From: an uncultured Candidatus Saccharibacteria bacterium
GTDB lineage: Bacteria > Patescibacteriota > Saccharimonadia > Saccharimonadales > Saccharimonadaceae
DNA: 64,000 bases
Direction: 5' to 3'
Assembly (NCBI GenBank): GCA_963548945.1
Contig: CAUUVR010000003.1
Span: 30,229-94,228, forward strand
Part shown: positions 9,289-18,300 of the stretch, piece by piece
How positions within the stretch are numbered: position 1 is the stretch's first letter
Layout of the letters: each line of letters starts with the position of its first letter
Made by a program: the position numbers and the translations under genes
The notes under the pieces: generated by a model
Told to the model about the DNA's origin: nothing
What the model saw: only the letters and a program-made list of their open reading frames with translations
Databases searched by the model: none

Positions 9289-9945
9289 TTATTTATCAGG
9301 CGGCTGTGCTTGGTCTAGGATATTCGACAGTTCGCTAATAAGTTCACGCAGTTGAGGATTGCGCAAGATTGCCCGGCGGGTGGCTGGCGTCCAAATGAGC
9401 GTGCGGGAACGTAAAGTTTCTGCCAGCGTTTCGCCCGATGGCGTCAGCAAGCCTTCTTTATCCAATTGGAACAATTCAGGCAGCAGCGCGTCGCAAAGCA
9501 GTGCCAGCGGCGCTTGCGACCGGGCAATGATTTGGTCATGCTCATCGACTGGCATAGAAATTGGGTTAAATCCTAATTGCTGCAAATGGCTGGCTGCCGC
9601 CTCGGCGTTTGGCTGGTCGCTGGCGACAACCGCTCGCTGAGCGCTATTCATTAGCAAGTGGACAACGGCAGCTTTCTGGTCAAGCTGATCGTTAAATCGG
9701 CGGCTGGTGTCCATGACGCTATCGTGTAAAATTATCAGCCCCCTTACGAGCGGTACGGTAAAATTTTCCAGGGGCGCACACACGTGAATAATTTCACAAT
9801 CGGATAATTCTTTTGTGTTGGTGTGGCGGTCGGCTATGTCAAATTCGCGGACTAGAAAGCCGTACTTCTTAGCGCGCCGTACCAATTGCGAACCCAAATC
9901 GCCTAGCGAACCGATAACGCCGATAGTTTGTTTTACTGCTGTCAT
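9289..9945 (-). CDS. Prephenate dehydrogenase (TyrA)-like protein
   Basis: Rossmann GSLGDLG motif; EHD...A.SQA motif of the TyrA dimerisation region; AGGAGG SD. Confidence 0.65.
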   Translation of the reverse strand: MTAVKQTIGVIGSLGDLGSQLVRRAKKYGFLVREFDIADRHTNTKELSDCEIIHVCAPLENFTVPLVRGLIILHDSVMDTSRRFNDQLDQKAAVVHLLMNSAQRAVVASDQPNAEAAASHLQQLGFNPISMPVDEHDQIIARSQAPLALLCDALLPELFQLDKEGLLTPSGETLAETLRSRTLIWTPATRRAILRNPQLRELISELSNILDQAQPPDK

Positions 9946-10051
9946 ACGGCCTCCTTTGATTTTACGGGGATTATTATATTGTTAAGTATACGCTATTTGA
10001 TACCGTTATGCAGACTATCGCCATGTTCTGTTGCAATTTCCGTAAAATCGC

Positions 10052-10189
10052 TTGACTTCAAGTTCTATTATTGATATATATATCAGCCTTTGCGTCCGCA
10101 GAGGTCGGCGTTTCGCCCAAAGCCATTGGGCTTGAGACGTCCCACTTCGCAGAGAATTCATTCTCTGCCCGACTCCAGAAGGAGTTATC
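10052..10189 (+). promoter_or_regulatory. Promoter plus highly structured 5' leader (candidate translational switch)
   Basis: TTGACT-N17-TATATA; nested stems GTCGG/CCGAC, CGTTTC/GAGACG, GCCCAA/TTGGGC and GCAGAGAA/TTCTCTGC; SD-sequestering GACTCC-agaa-GGAGTT. Confidence 0.55.
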
Positions 10190-10477
10190 ATGGGAAAGAA
10201 CTGGTGGAGCGAGCCGATGGGCGGCTGCGACTCTGAGGGTAACCCCATCACTGTGTCGTTCGGTAGCGGTCCGAAGGAGGGACACACCCTCATCGGAGAT
10301 GGCGACCGCAGCGGTGGTATGGGCGTCGGCGGCAGTCTCGCCGACGGTGCGACGCACTACTTGTTCCTCGAGGGCGACAACCACGACCACTACGGACCCG
10401 GCAACGGATCCAACAACGGCACCCACCGCGGTCAGTACAACCGGCCCCGGCCACTAGACCCATCGTCCTGGACATGA
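10190..10477 (+). CDS. Small Gly/Asp/His-rich hypothetical protein (possible +1 frameshift near 10440)
   Basis: AAGGAG SD; strongly C-ending codons. Removing one A at about 10440 gives the ending GQYTGPGH* (stop at 10457). Confidence 0.7.
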   Translation: MGKNWWSEPMGGCDSEGNPITVSFGSGPKEGHTLIGDGDRSGGMGVGGSLADGATHYLFLEGDNHDHYGPGNGSNNGTHRGQYNRPRPLDPSSWT

Positions 10478-10538
10478 CCTGAAAAATGTCTTATCCTGAG
10501 TATGATATAAAACTACTCACTTACCTATAGGATTCACT

Positions 10539-10865
10539 ATGTCAGAATGGACAGAAAAAGATTTTGAAATATATGACGCGATTGACTGGAAGCTGTTCAA
10601 GGAAATTAAAGCGTTAACCGATGAGAACTTAAATAACCTAGCTGTTTTACGGCGAGCATATCAGTTGTCGCTCATAGCGCTTGATTTAAGTATTAGACAT
10701 TCAGACGACAACGGTGCAGATGCACTAGTTATGGACTTACACGAATACGTAGGAGAACGCTTGCTTATCGCTGAAGGAAAGAACGACAACGATAGTTGGG
10801 CAAAGGAATTTGCTAAGCCGATTGATCAGTTCATTGCTTATGGAGAAAAGAAGTTTGTTGAGTAG
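10539..10865 (+). CDS. Hypothetical acidic protein
   Basis: 108-aa ORF with AGGA SD. Confidence 0.65.
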   Translation: MSEWTEKDFEIYDAIDWKLFKEIKALTDENLNNLAVLRRAYQLSLIALDLSIRHSDDNGADALVMDLHEYVGERLLIAEGKNDNDSWAKEFAKPIDQFIAYGEKKFVE

Positions 10866-10981
10866 GTTAAATCTGCTATGAAGGTCTGCAATATCAATAC
10901 GCAAGCAATACGCAAGCTCACCCTATTATAATAAACTCACCCTTGTGTAAAGTATTGGATACATTTTTTTGCTATAACATG

Positions 10982-11010
10982 AAAAAGAGCAGACAAACCT
11001 ATCCGCTCTT
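10982..11010 (-). terminator. Intrinsic terminator ending the R-M-like operon
   Basis: AGAGCGGA-loop-TCTGCTCT plus T-tract on the minus strand. Confidence 0.55.
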
Positions 11011-11097
11011 CAGTATCTTATCTGTATTTATATAAAACAAATTTACTCAATTTATTTATTAATTATATTAATTCACATATTTAATCTTTAACTAAGA

Positions 11098-11787
11098 CTA
11101 CTTAATTATAGGTGAAAAGTCAAAAAAGATATGAAGTAATTGTAATGACTTATTTGATAAAGTATAGTTGCTTATATATTCATGTAAACCTTCATTTATT
11201 TCATTTTTTACTAAAAACAAATCCCCTTGACTAATTGTCCCAAACCTATTTTTGTTTATTTTAGAAAGTTCTATCGAATTATTAGGAATATCAATATTTT
11301 TCACAACAAATCCGAACATAATATTTTTATTGTGGTGAGATGGATATTTCGGTGGTTCCTCTACAAAACGACTAACTCCTTCATTAATATATTTTTTATT
11401 TAAACTCGAACTTCCATCAATTCGTTTGCACTCAATTATATAGTAGTCTTTTTTGTTTTTATTTACCCAATAATTATTTGATGTCACTTTAATATCGCAC
11501 CTTCCTATAAAGGTGTCTGTATTTTCATCAAATGTTTCTGGCGTTTCTATTTGAAATGAGATAGGAAACATTTCACAACCTAATTTAGTTAACACAGAAT
11601 TATCATCTAAATAATAAAAAAATAGATGGTTCTGTATGTTTACCTCATGATTATTAACTTTACGTCCTACAGAAATACAATTTTGTTTCATTAGTCTACA
11701 ACATTTTTCAATGGTCTCAATAATATAATAATAAAAACCATTTTGAAAATCTTCATTTATTGATTTTTGCTTAAAACCTCCCATCAT
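11098..11787 (-). CDS. PD-(D/E)xK-like nuclease, probable partner of the adjacent MTase
   Basis: E...GRCDIK...YIIECKR pattern; overlaps the MTase stop codon; very low GC. Confidence 0.6.
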   Translation of the reverse strand: MMGGFKQKSINEDFQNGFYYYIIETIEKCCRLMKQNCISVGRKVNNHEVNIQNHLFFYYLDDNSVLTKLGCEMFPISFQIETPETFDENTDTFIGRCDIKVTSNNYWVNKNKKDYYIIECKRIDGSSSLNKKYINEGVSRFVEEPPKYPSHHNKNIMFGFVVKNIDIPNNSIELSKINKNRFGTISQGDLFLVKNEINEGLHEYISNYTLSNKSLQLLHIFFDFSPIIK

Positions 11788-14714
11788 TCATCACCTCCCG
11801 ATTCCATTATTTGCTCCATAACATCGGAAAGATCAAGTTCTGCAATTGCAGGATGCCAGCATTTATAAAAATTAGGCTTTATAATAAAAAATGAGTTATC
11901 AGAAAAGTGAATGACATCTCTAATTTGATGAAACTTATCGTTGTGAGAAAATACACAAAATCTTGATAATAGTACTTTATCATCATCAATACTTTCAACT
12001 AAATCAATCGTGGTGTCAGATTCTCCACCTAAAACTGCCAGCTCAAATATAGAAAATCTATTTAATACATTTGGATACAATTTAATTGCAATATGCTTTT
12101 CTGCATGTTTATAGATAGCAGCAAATTGTTTTTTAAAACATTCACTATAGTCAACTAATTCCTCAGAAGATACCTTTCTGTAAATACTCTCAATGTCTAT
12201 ATTCGTTAGCTCCGGTATCTGGATTTTTATTGCATAGTCAATAAATTTATTATCTTTCAATCCAAACTCCTGCAATACTAAATTATCTAGGTTTTCGATT
12301 TCAGAATCTAAGTCTGACAAACAAAGAAAATCATCTTTCTTTTTTTCACTCTGAATGTACTCTGTTTTATTTGCAATATCTTCAGAAAAAATATAAGGAA
12401 ATTCTAATACTTCCCCCATAAATCTCTGCTCTCGTTCTATTCCTATTGAAGTTCCAAGCATTAGATTCAAATAAGCATAAAATGAGGAGTTTAGCAAACC
12501 TACCAAGTTCATAAAGAATGGTCTTTGCTCCTCGCTTCCTTTAATAATATACATGGTCTTTTTACAAATAAATGTTTCATCACTAAAAGCTGCTCGTAAT
12601 TTATAATTATTGCAGTTCACGCCAGTTGGAGTTAATACATAAGGAGGGGAAAACAACACTTTTTCTCTAGGACGATGTACTTTCGTTTTCGAAAACAAAG
12701 TAGTTTTATTTGAATTCACAAAAAAGTGATCTACTCCTTTTTTCGAATCAAGAAGCCTTTTGTTTAGTAAATGAGAAGCGTCTTGCTTATCACCATCTTG
12801 GTACTCTACTCCTGCCCCCATAATAATAGGAGGTTCTTGTTTTTCGATTGCATCGGAAATTGTACAAAAACAATTTTTAAGTTTCATCACCAAAGTTAAA
12901 TCAGCTGAAAAACCGTATACAATAGTTTTCCAAGCCCAATCAAATCTTATCAGCATATTCTGTGCTACATACTTTATATCATTTTTTTCAATAACAATAA
13001 CATTAAATAGTTTGAAGAAAATATTTGGTTTTATAGATGTATAATTTATAATATTGTCTAAGTTATTTTCTTCTGAGTAACTAAAAGAAATTATTACTGC
13101 TGGTGCATCGGCATTTTCAAAAACTAATTTTCTTACTGAAGACATTTCAATTATGCTATGAATTTTAGTTTTATTTAACAAAAAGTTTCTGAATCTTTTT
13201 GAAGGTTTCTTTTGGTTATACAATAATTTAGAATGTAAAATAAAACAACAAACAGTATGTTCTTTACAAAAATCTTTAGCTCTGAAAACAAAACTTCTAC
13301 AAATCTCATTATTTTGTTGTTTATCAAAGTATCCATTCTTTTTACAGTATTCTAAATGAAGACCTGTTTTTACATTGCCCCAAGGTGGATTACCAATAAC
13401 AAAATCAAAGTTGATGTGACTTAACCTTCTAAGTTTCTCTTCATCAAAAAAATCACTAACAAATAAATTTTTTTCTTTTAAATTCGGTAAAGTAAAAGTT
13501 GATAATGATTTTGGATCTTTGTAGTCTAAAACAGTTAAATAAAGAGAGAATATTGTAACATCAATCGCTTCCTCATTAATATCTATTCCATAGATATTAT
13601 CGGTTAAAAGAGATTTAAGCAAATTATCATCGTTACAATACATTTTCCCATTTAGGTTTTCTTCTACCATACGTCGGTAACTATCAACTAAAAATACTCC
13701 TGAACCACATGCAGGATCTAATATGGTATATTCATTATGTTTTTTTAAGAAACCTAAAGTAGTTTTATCCAAAATGTATTCTACAAGATAATTTGGAGTG
13801 TAAAATGCATTATCTTTTGCTCTTACTTCTCGTCCAAGCAATATTTCATAAATATTACTTATCATCTCTACCGGAATAATATTAAAATCATACAGTGCAA
13901 ATAGTGACAATTGACCATCATTCATTGAAATTGTTCCAGATAAAAAATCTGCAAGCATATTAAATACATCTTGTGTTAATTCAGGGCATTCAATTTCATT
14001 ACCTAAATCAAAAAGATTTCCATTAAATTTTGATTTTAGATATTTAAATAGATTGTATATTGAACTTTTGTTCCTTAAGCATTTCAGAAGTTCTTTCTTT
14101 GAGTGCTCAATATCACCAGAAAAATTTTCATAAGCAAGGTTAACCCCTCGATCTATCAAAAACCTTATAAAAATGAGTCTCAACACTAATTTTGTAGCAA
14201 ATTCTATATGATAGTTGTTTTTTAACTCTTCCGTCAAATAAGTAATATTAGCTAACAAATAATTATTTAATTTATTGTTTGAAAATCCTTTTGAGAACTT
14301 TTCCCAGAAAATAGGGTTTGTTATTTCTAAATAGGAAAATTCCGTTGCAACAGAACATGTGTCTAACGGGATTTCCGTTGCCATCTCAAGAAAATAGGAT
14401 GTTAAGTTCAAAGACAATCCATTGTAAATTTTAACTGTTTGATCATCGCAAAGCATAGCAACAGGAATTTGAGCATTCCAAACTTGTTTACTGATAGTTT
14501 TAAAGGAAACTTCATCAAAAAGCTTGTCAAAAAAAAGAATGAATGGGTTTCCGTCTATAAAATAAATTGCATACGGTTTTATCTCATGAACAATTTTAGA
14601 TATATGATTATTATAGTCAGAATCATTAAATTCACTATAATAAATTAGGTTTTTCGAATTTTTATAACCAAGTCTTTTAATAACGGTTTCTATTGGTAAT
14701 TCATAGCCTTTCAT
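11784..14714 (-). CDS. Large N6-adenine DNA methyltransferase with C-terminal target-recognition region (type IIG/HsdM-like, gamma motif order)
   Basis: FYTP, ILDPACGSGVFL (motif I), YGIDI and FDFVIGNPPW (motif IV). Confidence 0.9.
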   Translation of the reverse strand: MKGYELPIETVIKRLGYKNSKNLIYYSEFNDSDYNNHISKIVHEIKPYAIYFIDGNPFILFFDKLFDEVSFKTISKQVWNAQIPVAMLCDDQTVKIYNGLSLNLTSYFLEMATEIPLDTCSVATEFSYLEITNPIFWEKFSKGFSNNKLNNYLLANITYLTEELKNNYHIEFATKLVLRLIFIRFLIDRGVNLAYENFSGDIEHSKKELLKCLRNKSSIYNLFKYLKSKFNGNLFDLGNEIECPELTQDVFNMLADFLSGTISMNDGQLSLFALYDFNIIPVEMISNIYEILLGREVRAKDNAFYTPNYLVEYILDKTTLGFLKKHNEYTILDPACGSGVFLVDSYRRMVEENLNGKMYCNDDNLLKSLLTDNIYGIDINEEAIDVTIFSLYLTVLDYKDPKSLSTFTLPNLKEKNLFVSDFFDEEKLRRLSHINFDFVIGNPPWGNVKTGLHLEYCKKNGYFDKQQNNEICRSFVFRAKDFCKEHTVCCFILHSKLLYNQKKPSKRFRNFLLNKTKIHSIIEMSSVRKLVFENADAPAVIISFSYSEENNLDNIINYTSIKPNIFFKLFNVIVIEKNDIKYVAQNMLIRFDWAWKTIVYGFSADLTLVMKLKNCFCTISDAIEKQEPPIIMGAGVEYQDGDKQDASHLLNKRLLDSKKGVDHFFVNSNKTTLFSKTKVHRPREKVLFSPPYVLTPTGVNCNNYKLRAAFSDETFICKKTMYIIKGSEEQRPFFMNLVGLLNSSFYAYLNLMLGTSIGIEREQRFMGEVLEFPYIFSEDIANKTEYIQSEKKKDDFLCLSDLDSEIENLDNLVLQEFGLKDNKFIDYAIKIQIPELTNIDIESIYRKVSSEELVDYSECFKKQFAAIYKHAEKHIAIKLYPNVLNRFSIFELAVLGGESDTTIDLVESIDDDKVLLSRFCVFSHNDKFHQIRDVIHFSDNSFFIIKPNFYKCWHPAIAELDLSDVMEQIMESGGDE

Positions 14715-16308
14715 TTTTAAACATCCCTCTTTTCTTTTTCTCTAGTTTTTCAATAAATAGTAAGTATGGTTCTATCTCCAAAGCATCTGCTATTTTTTGT
14801 ACATTATCCAAGGCTATGCTTCTTTTTATATTGATATTTTGACTGAGATCTGGTTGTAATCTTTTTATAACATCTCTAAAGAAGTATTCATCATCTTGAC
14901 CCTCAACTAATAATACCTTGTTTAAGAATAGTATTTGCGCCGCCTGGGTATTATTTAGTATTTTTGTAAGACCCTTATGGTCTTCTGTTATTTCAGGTAC
15001 ATACATTACAGAATTACGCTCTTCATTTAGTGAGAATCGTTTGACATGCCCTATTGTCTTGTTGCTTATAAATCCTTCCGAATGAGTTACGATGATATAT
15101 TGTACGCCCTGCTCTTTCGCTAGTTTTTCAAGTATTTTAAGATATTCAAATTGAAATTGGTAGTGTAAATGGATCTCTGGTTCATCGATAATAATAAGAC
15201 CACCTTTTACGTCATCTCGACCATACGCCTCAAAGATTAAGTGTATAATCGATTTTTGTCCAGCACTAAGACTGTTTATGTCACCCAGCTCTCGGTTATT
15301 TTTTATATCATGGAATCTAAATTCGTACGACCATCTTCGTATATTTACTGGTTCTACAGATAGTTGTAAATTTAATATTCTAAGCTTTTCGTTTATCTTT
15401 TTGATTATTGAAGAGCCATTGATTATAGCTGTGGCGTCATTAATATTTTTACCCTCTTTTACTAGCTTAAAGTGGTCTTCACCGAGTTTTAATTTTATGA
15501 GATCAAAGATAGCAGACATGCCTGAGGAATGCTCATTAATACTATGGGGGATTAGACGATTTCTTACATTCTGAAGTGTGTCGCCCGAAGTATCATCGCC
15601 ATTATATAAGTGTATTTGAGAGTTATAATTACTGTAGTCACGGAAAGCTGATAGCATAGAAAAAGTATTTCCAAGAGGCACTATGTGGTCGGTGTTATCT
15701 TCATTATATACTGCTATAGCCTCGTTAATTGCGTGGTAATATTCTAAATAGAATTTTATATAATCCGGCACCGAATCATCATAATGGCTCTCATACGTAT
15801 TATCTTCGTCGTATTTGGCTTGTCTAAATGTAATATCTACTTCTATATTATCTCTATCTAGGGCAAAAAATTCAGGAATTGTTATAGTTGAGTAACTGTC
15901 AAGAGTATTTTTTATGTGACTATAGTTAGCTACAATATGGGCGATATTAGCCCTATCAATACTATCAAGCTTAATTGATACTCTTACTCTCTGCTGTTCT
16001 TCTTCTGAACTCCAATTAGGTTGGAGTCTAAGACCTAATTTTCTATTGGAGTAATTATCATCAATTTGAAGCATGTTCTTTCTATCTGTGTAATATGAGC
16101 GATGACTGCTGTATCTATTTGTTATGCGCTTAAATAAAGCTCTCGTAAATATAAAATTCATAGCTTCTAAAACCGTTGACTTGCCAGATCCGTTTTCGCC
16201 AATAATAATGTTAAGGTCTGGGTCAAATTCAATCTTAAAGGCGTTGTTTATGTCCTCCTCATATTTAAAGCTCAGGATATTCGATAATTGTAAATAATTA
16301 ACTCTCAT
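14701..16308 (-). CDS. OLD-family/AAA_15-type ATPase, TOPRIM truncated and fused to an XRE-HTH controller remnant (chimeric, likely defective)
   Basis: GENGSGKST, LSAGQ, IIIDEPEIHLH and VTHS motifs; TOPRIM start LLVEGQDD; then KRSIALDNVQKIADALEIEPYLLF. Confidence 0.8.
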   Translation of the reverse strand: MRVNYLQLSNILSFKYEEDINNAFKIEFDPDLNIIIGENGSGKSTVLEAMNFIFTRALFKRITNRYSSHRSYYTDRKNMLQIDDNYSNRKLGLRLQPNWSSEEEQQRVRVSIKLDSIDRANIAHIVANYSHIKNTLDSYSTITIPEFFALDRDNIEVDITFRQAKYDEDNTYESHYDDSVPDYIKFYLEYYHAINEAIAVYNEDNTDHIVPLGNTFSMLSAFRDYSNYNSQIHLYNGDDTSGDTLQNVRNRLIPHSINEHSSGMSAIFDLIKLKLGEDHFKLVKEGKNINDATAIINGSSIIKKINEKLRILNLQLSVEPVNIRRWSYEFRFHDIKNNRELGDINSLSAGQKSIIHLIFEAYGRDDVKGGLIIIDEPEIHLHYQFQFEYLKILEKLAKEQGVQYIIVTHSEGFISNKTIGHVKRFSLNEERNSVMYVPEITEDHKGLTKILNNTQAAQILFLNKVLLVEGQDDEYFFRDVIKRLQPDLSQNINIKRSIALDNVQKIADALEIEPYLLFIEKLEKKKRGMFKNERL

Positions 16309-16359
16309 TATACTAATTATTATACACTCACTAACTTTATTCAGGGGTTTGGAACTATA

Positions 16360-16387
16360 AAAATATAGCTCTTTCGAGCTATATTTA
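16360..16387. terminator. Hairpin terminator downstream of the ABC ATPase gene
   Basis: AAATATAGCTC-tttc-GAGCTATATTT perfect inverted repeat. Confidence 0.7.
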
Positions 16388-16414
16388 AAATGTGTATTTT
16401 TTTGGAAGCTATTT

Positions 16415-17044
16415 TTACGCTTTAAGTTTTTTATCCTTCAGCTTCAAAACCACATCTGCCTGCTTAGCCAGCTGCTTGCTGTGAGTGACGACGATGACGC
16501 ATTTGTCATTTTCATGGGCGGCCTGGCGCAGGATGTCGATGATGTCGGCGGCGGTGGTTTCGTCGAGATTGCCGGTCGGCTCGTCCGCCAAGATAATTGG
16601 CGCATGCGAGACTAGCGCTCGCCCAATCGCCACGCGCTGTTGCTGTCCGCCAGAAAGTTTCATGACATTACGGTGAATGTGATCGTCATCCAGACCCATG
16701 GAGTGCAGCGTTTCGTTGGTGGCCTTGGTATTCACCAATTTCAAGTTTTCCAGCGGCGTCAGATAATCAATCAGGTTATAATTCTGAAACACCAGCGAGA
16801 TATTGTGCTTGCGATGATGCGAATAACCCTGCTCGGCGATGTCTTCGTCGTCGAACAAAATCTGCCCGCCAGTCGGCGTATCGAGCCCGGCTAGTAGCCC
16901 GAGCAGCGTCGATTTACCAGCACCAGAACTACCGACAATGGCGTAGAATTTGCCTTTTTCAAATTGATAATTAATGCCGTTGAGTACATTGCTGGTGCCG
17001 TCGGCGTATGAATAGATAATATCGCGTAACGTAAGTATTGACAT
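16415..17044 (-). CDS. ABC exporter ATP-binding subunit (Vex2-like)
   Basis: [31 protein letters not shown] and VTH motifs. Confidence 0.93.
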   Translation of the reverse strand: MSILTLRDIIYSYADGTSNVLNGINYQFEKGKFYAIVGSSGAGKSTLLGLLAGLDTPTGGQILFDDEDIAEQGYSHHRKHNISLVFQNYNLIDYLTPLENLKLVNTKATNETLHSMGLDDDHIHRNVMKLSGGQQQRVAIGRALVSHAPIILADEPTGNLDETTAADIIDILRQAAHENDKCVIVVTHSKQLAKQADVVLKLKDKKLKA

Positions 17045-17052
17045 AATAACTC

Positions 17053-18291
17053 CTAACTTAATTTTGCTAAAATTTGCTTTGGTGATTGGCGCATAATCGG
17101 CGCGGTGGCAGCGATGGCTGATAGCAGAACGACCATGTAGCCGAAGGCGAAAGCCTCTAGATAGGTCGCCGGTGGCGCAGTTTGCACCACAGTTTTTTCT
17201 ACGCGCTGGCTTTGATCGGTTTGCGCTGTGAGGGCGGTAGAAATTTGCGATGAGGCAACCGAGCCGATACCGAGCGCGAACACCGAACTGACTGCGGCGA
17301 TGATAGCTAATTCCGCCAAGAACTGTCCGATAATCTGCCGCTTCGACGTGCCGATGGACAGCAAGATGCCAATTTCATGCAAGCGGCCGCGCACCCAGAA
17401 CACCAATACTAGCGACAGCACAGCCAGCCCTGCCCCAGCCGCGCCGATGGTAGCAATCGTCAAAATGTTTTGAATACCAGCGATGTTTTGGAGAACCCCA
17501 GCAAATACCGCCCCGTTGTCAGTTAGGCTGAATTTCTGCCAATCGACGTTTGGTAGGCTTTTGGTGCGGTCTGTTAGCGACTTCAGCTGATGCGGATTTT
17601 CGGCGAAATACGTTGCCCGCGTCAACTGCTGGCTACCCGTCAGCTGCTGCGCCGCAGCCAAGTTGGTGATGAGATGATTCTCCGCCATGTCGGACTGTAA
17701 GACCGCTGGCTTTTCGCCTTTGCCACTGAAGATACCCATGACAGTCACCGTCACCCGCCGGCCATCTTTGGTGATGTCCAGCTTGTCGCCTGGCTTGATG
17801 CCATTTTTCTCAGCGAATGTTTTATGGATCAGGGCCGCGTTTTGGTCGTGCTCGGTCAAGTGCTTACCCTGCTCTAGTTGGTAAAATCGACCGGTGAACT
17901 CGCTGAGCAAATCGCTCTGTGTCGCGCCCGTTACTTTCGCCTCGCCAGCAATTCCAGAGTCCAGCTGCACACCACTGCCTGCCACGTCAACCAATTGCTT
18001 GCCCGGCAGTCCCGCAGTGGTCTCTGCCTGGAAATTGTGCGTTTTGACCTTGTCCAGGCGCTGCACCCGCTGCGCGATGTCCATCGGCACTTCGCCCGAC
18101 GGCTGCTTGCTGGCGATACTAAAGCCAGCGCGGATGTTCCGTTCGACCGATTGCTTCAGCTGCGCCATCGTCTGCTGCACTGTCAGCGTACCGATTAGCA
18201 GCGTGAAAATCAGCGTCATGATCAGGGCGATGGTTAGGCTGCGACGCCGCTTGCGCGTCACAGCCGTCCAGGCTCGTTTGATAGTCGTCAT
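17053..18291 (-). CDS. FtsX/MacB-type ABC permease (Vex1-like)
   Basis: TM, large extracellular loop, then 3 TMs; R.HEIGILLSIG motif. Confidence 0.88.
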   Translation of the reverse strand: MTTIKRAWTAVTRKRRRSLTIALIMTLIFTLLIGTLTVQQTMAQLKQSVERNIRAGFSIASKQPSGEVPMDIAQRVQRLDKVKTHNFQAETTAGLPGKQLVDVAGSGVQLDSGIAGEAKVTGATQSDLLSEFTGRFYQLEQGKHLTEHDQNAALIHKTFAEKNGIKPGDKLDITKDGRRVTVTVMGIFSGKGEKPAVLQSDMAENHLITNLAAAQQLTGSQQLTRATYFAENPHQLKSLTDRTKSLPNVDWQKFSLTDNGAVFAGVLQNIAGIQNILTIATIGAAGAGLAVLSLVLVFWVRGRLHEIGILLSIGTSKRQIIGQFLAELAIIAAVSSVFALGIGSVASSQISTALTAQTDQSQRVEKTVVQTAPPATYLEAFAFGYMVVLLSAIAATAPIMRQSPKQILAKLS

Positions 18292-18300
18292 CGTTCGCCC

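Noticed and set aside
10015..10475. Several overlapping alternative ORFs around the small Gly-rich gene
   Set aside because: They lack SDs and are expected by-products of GC-rich biased codons; only 10190 has a promoter and SD.
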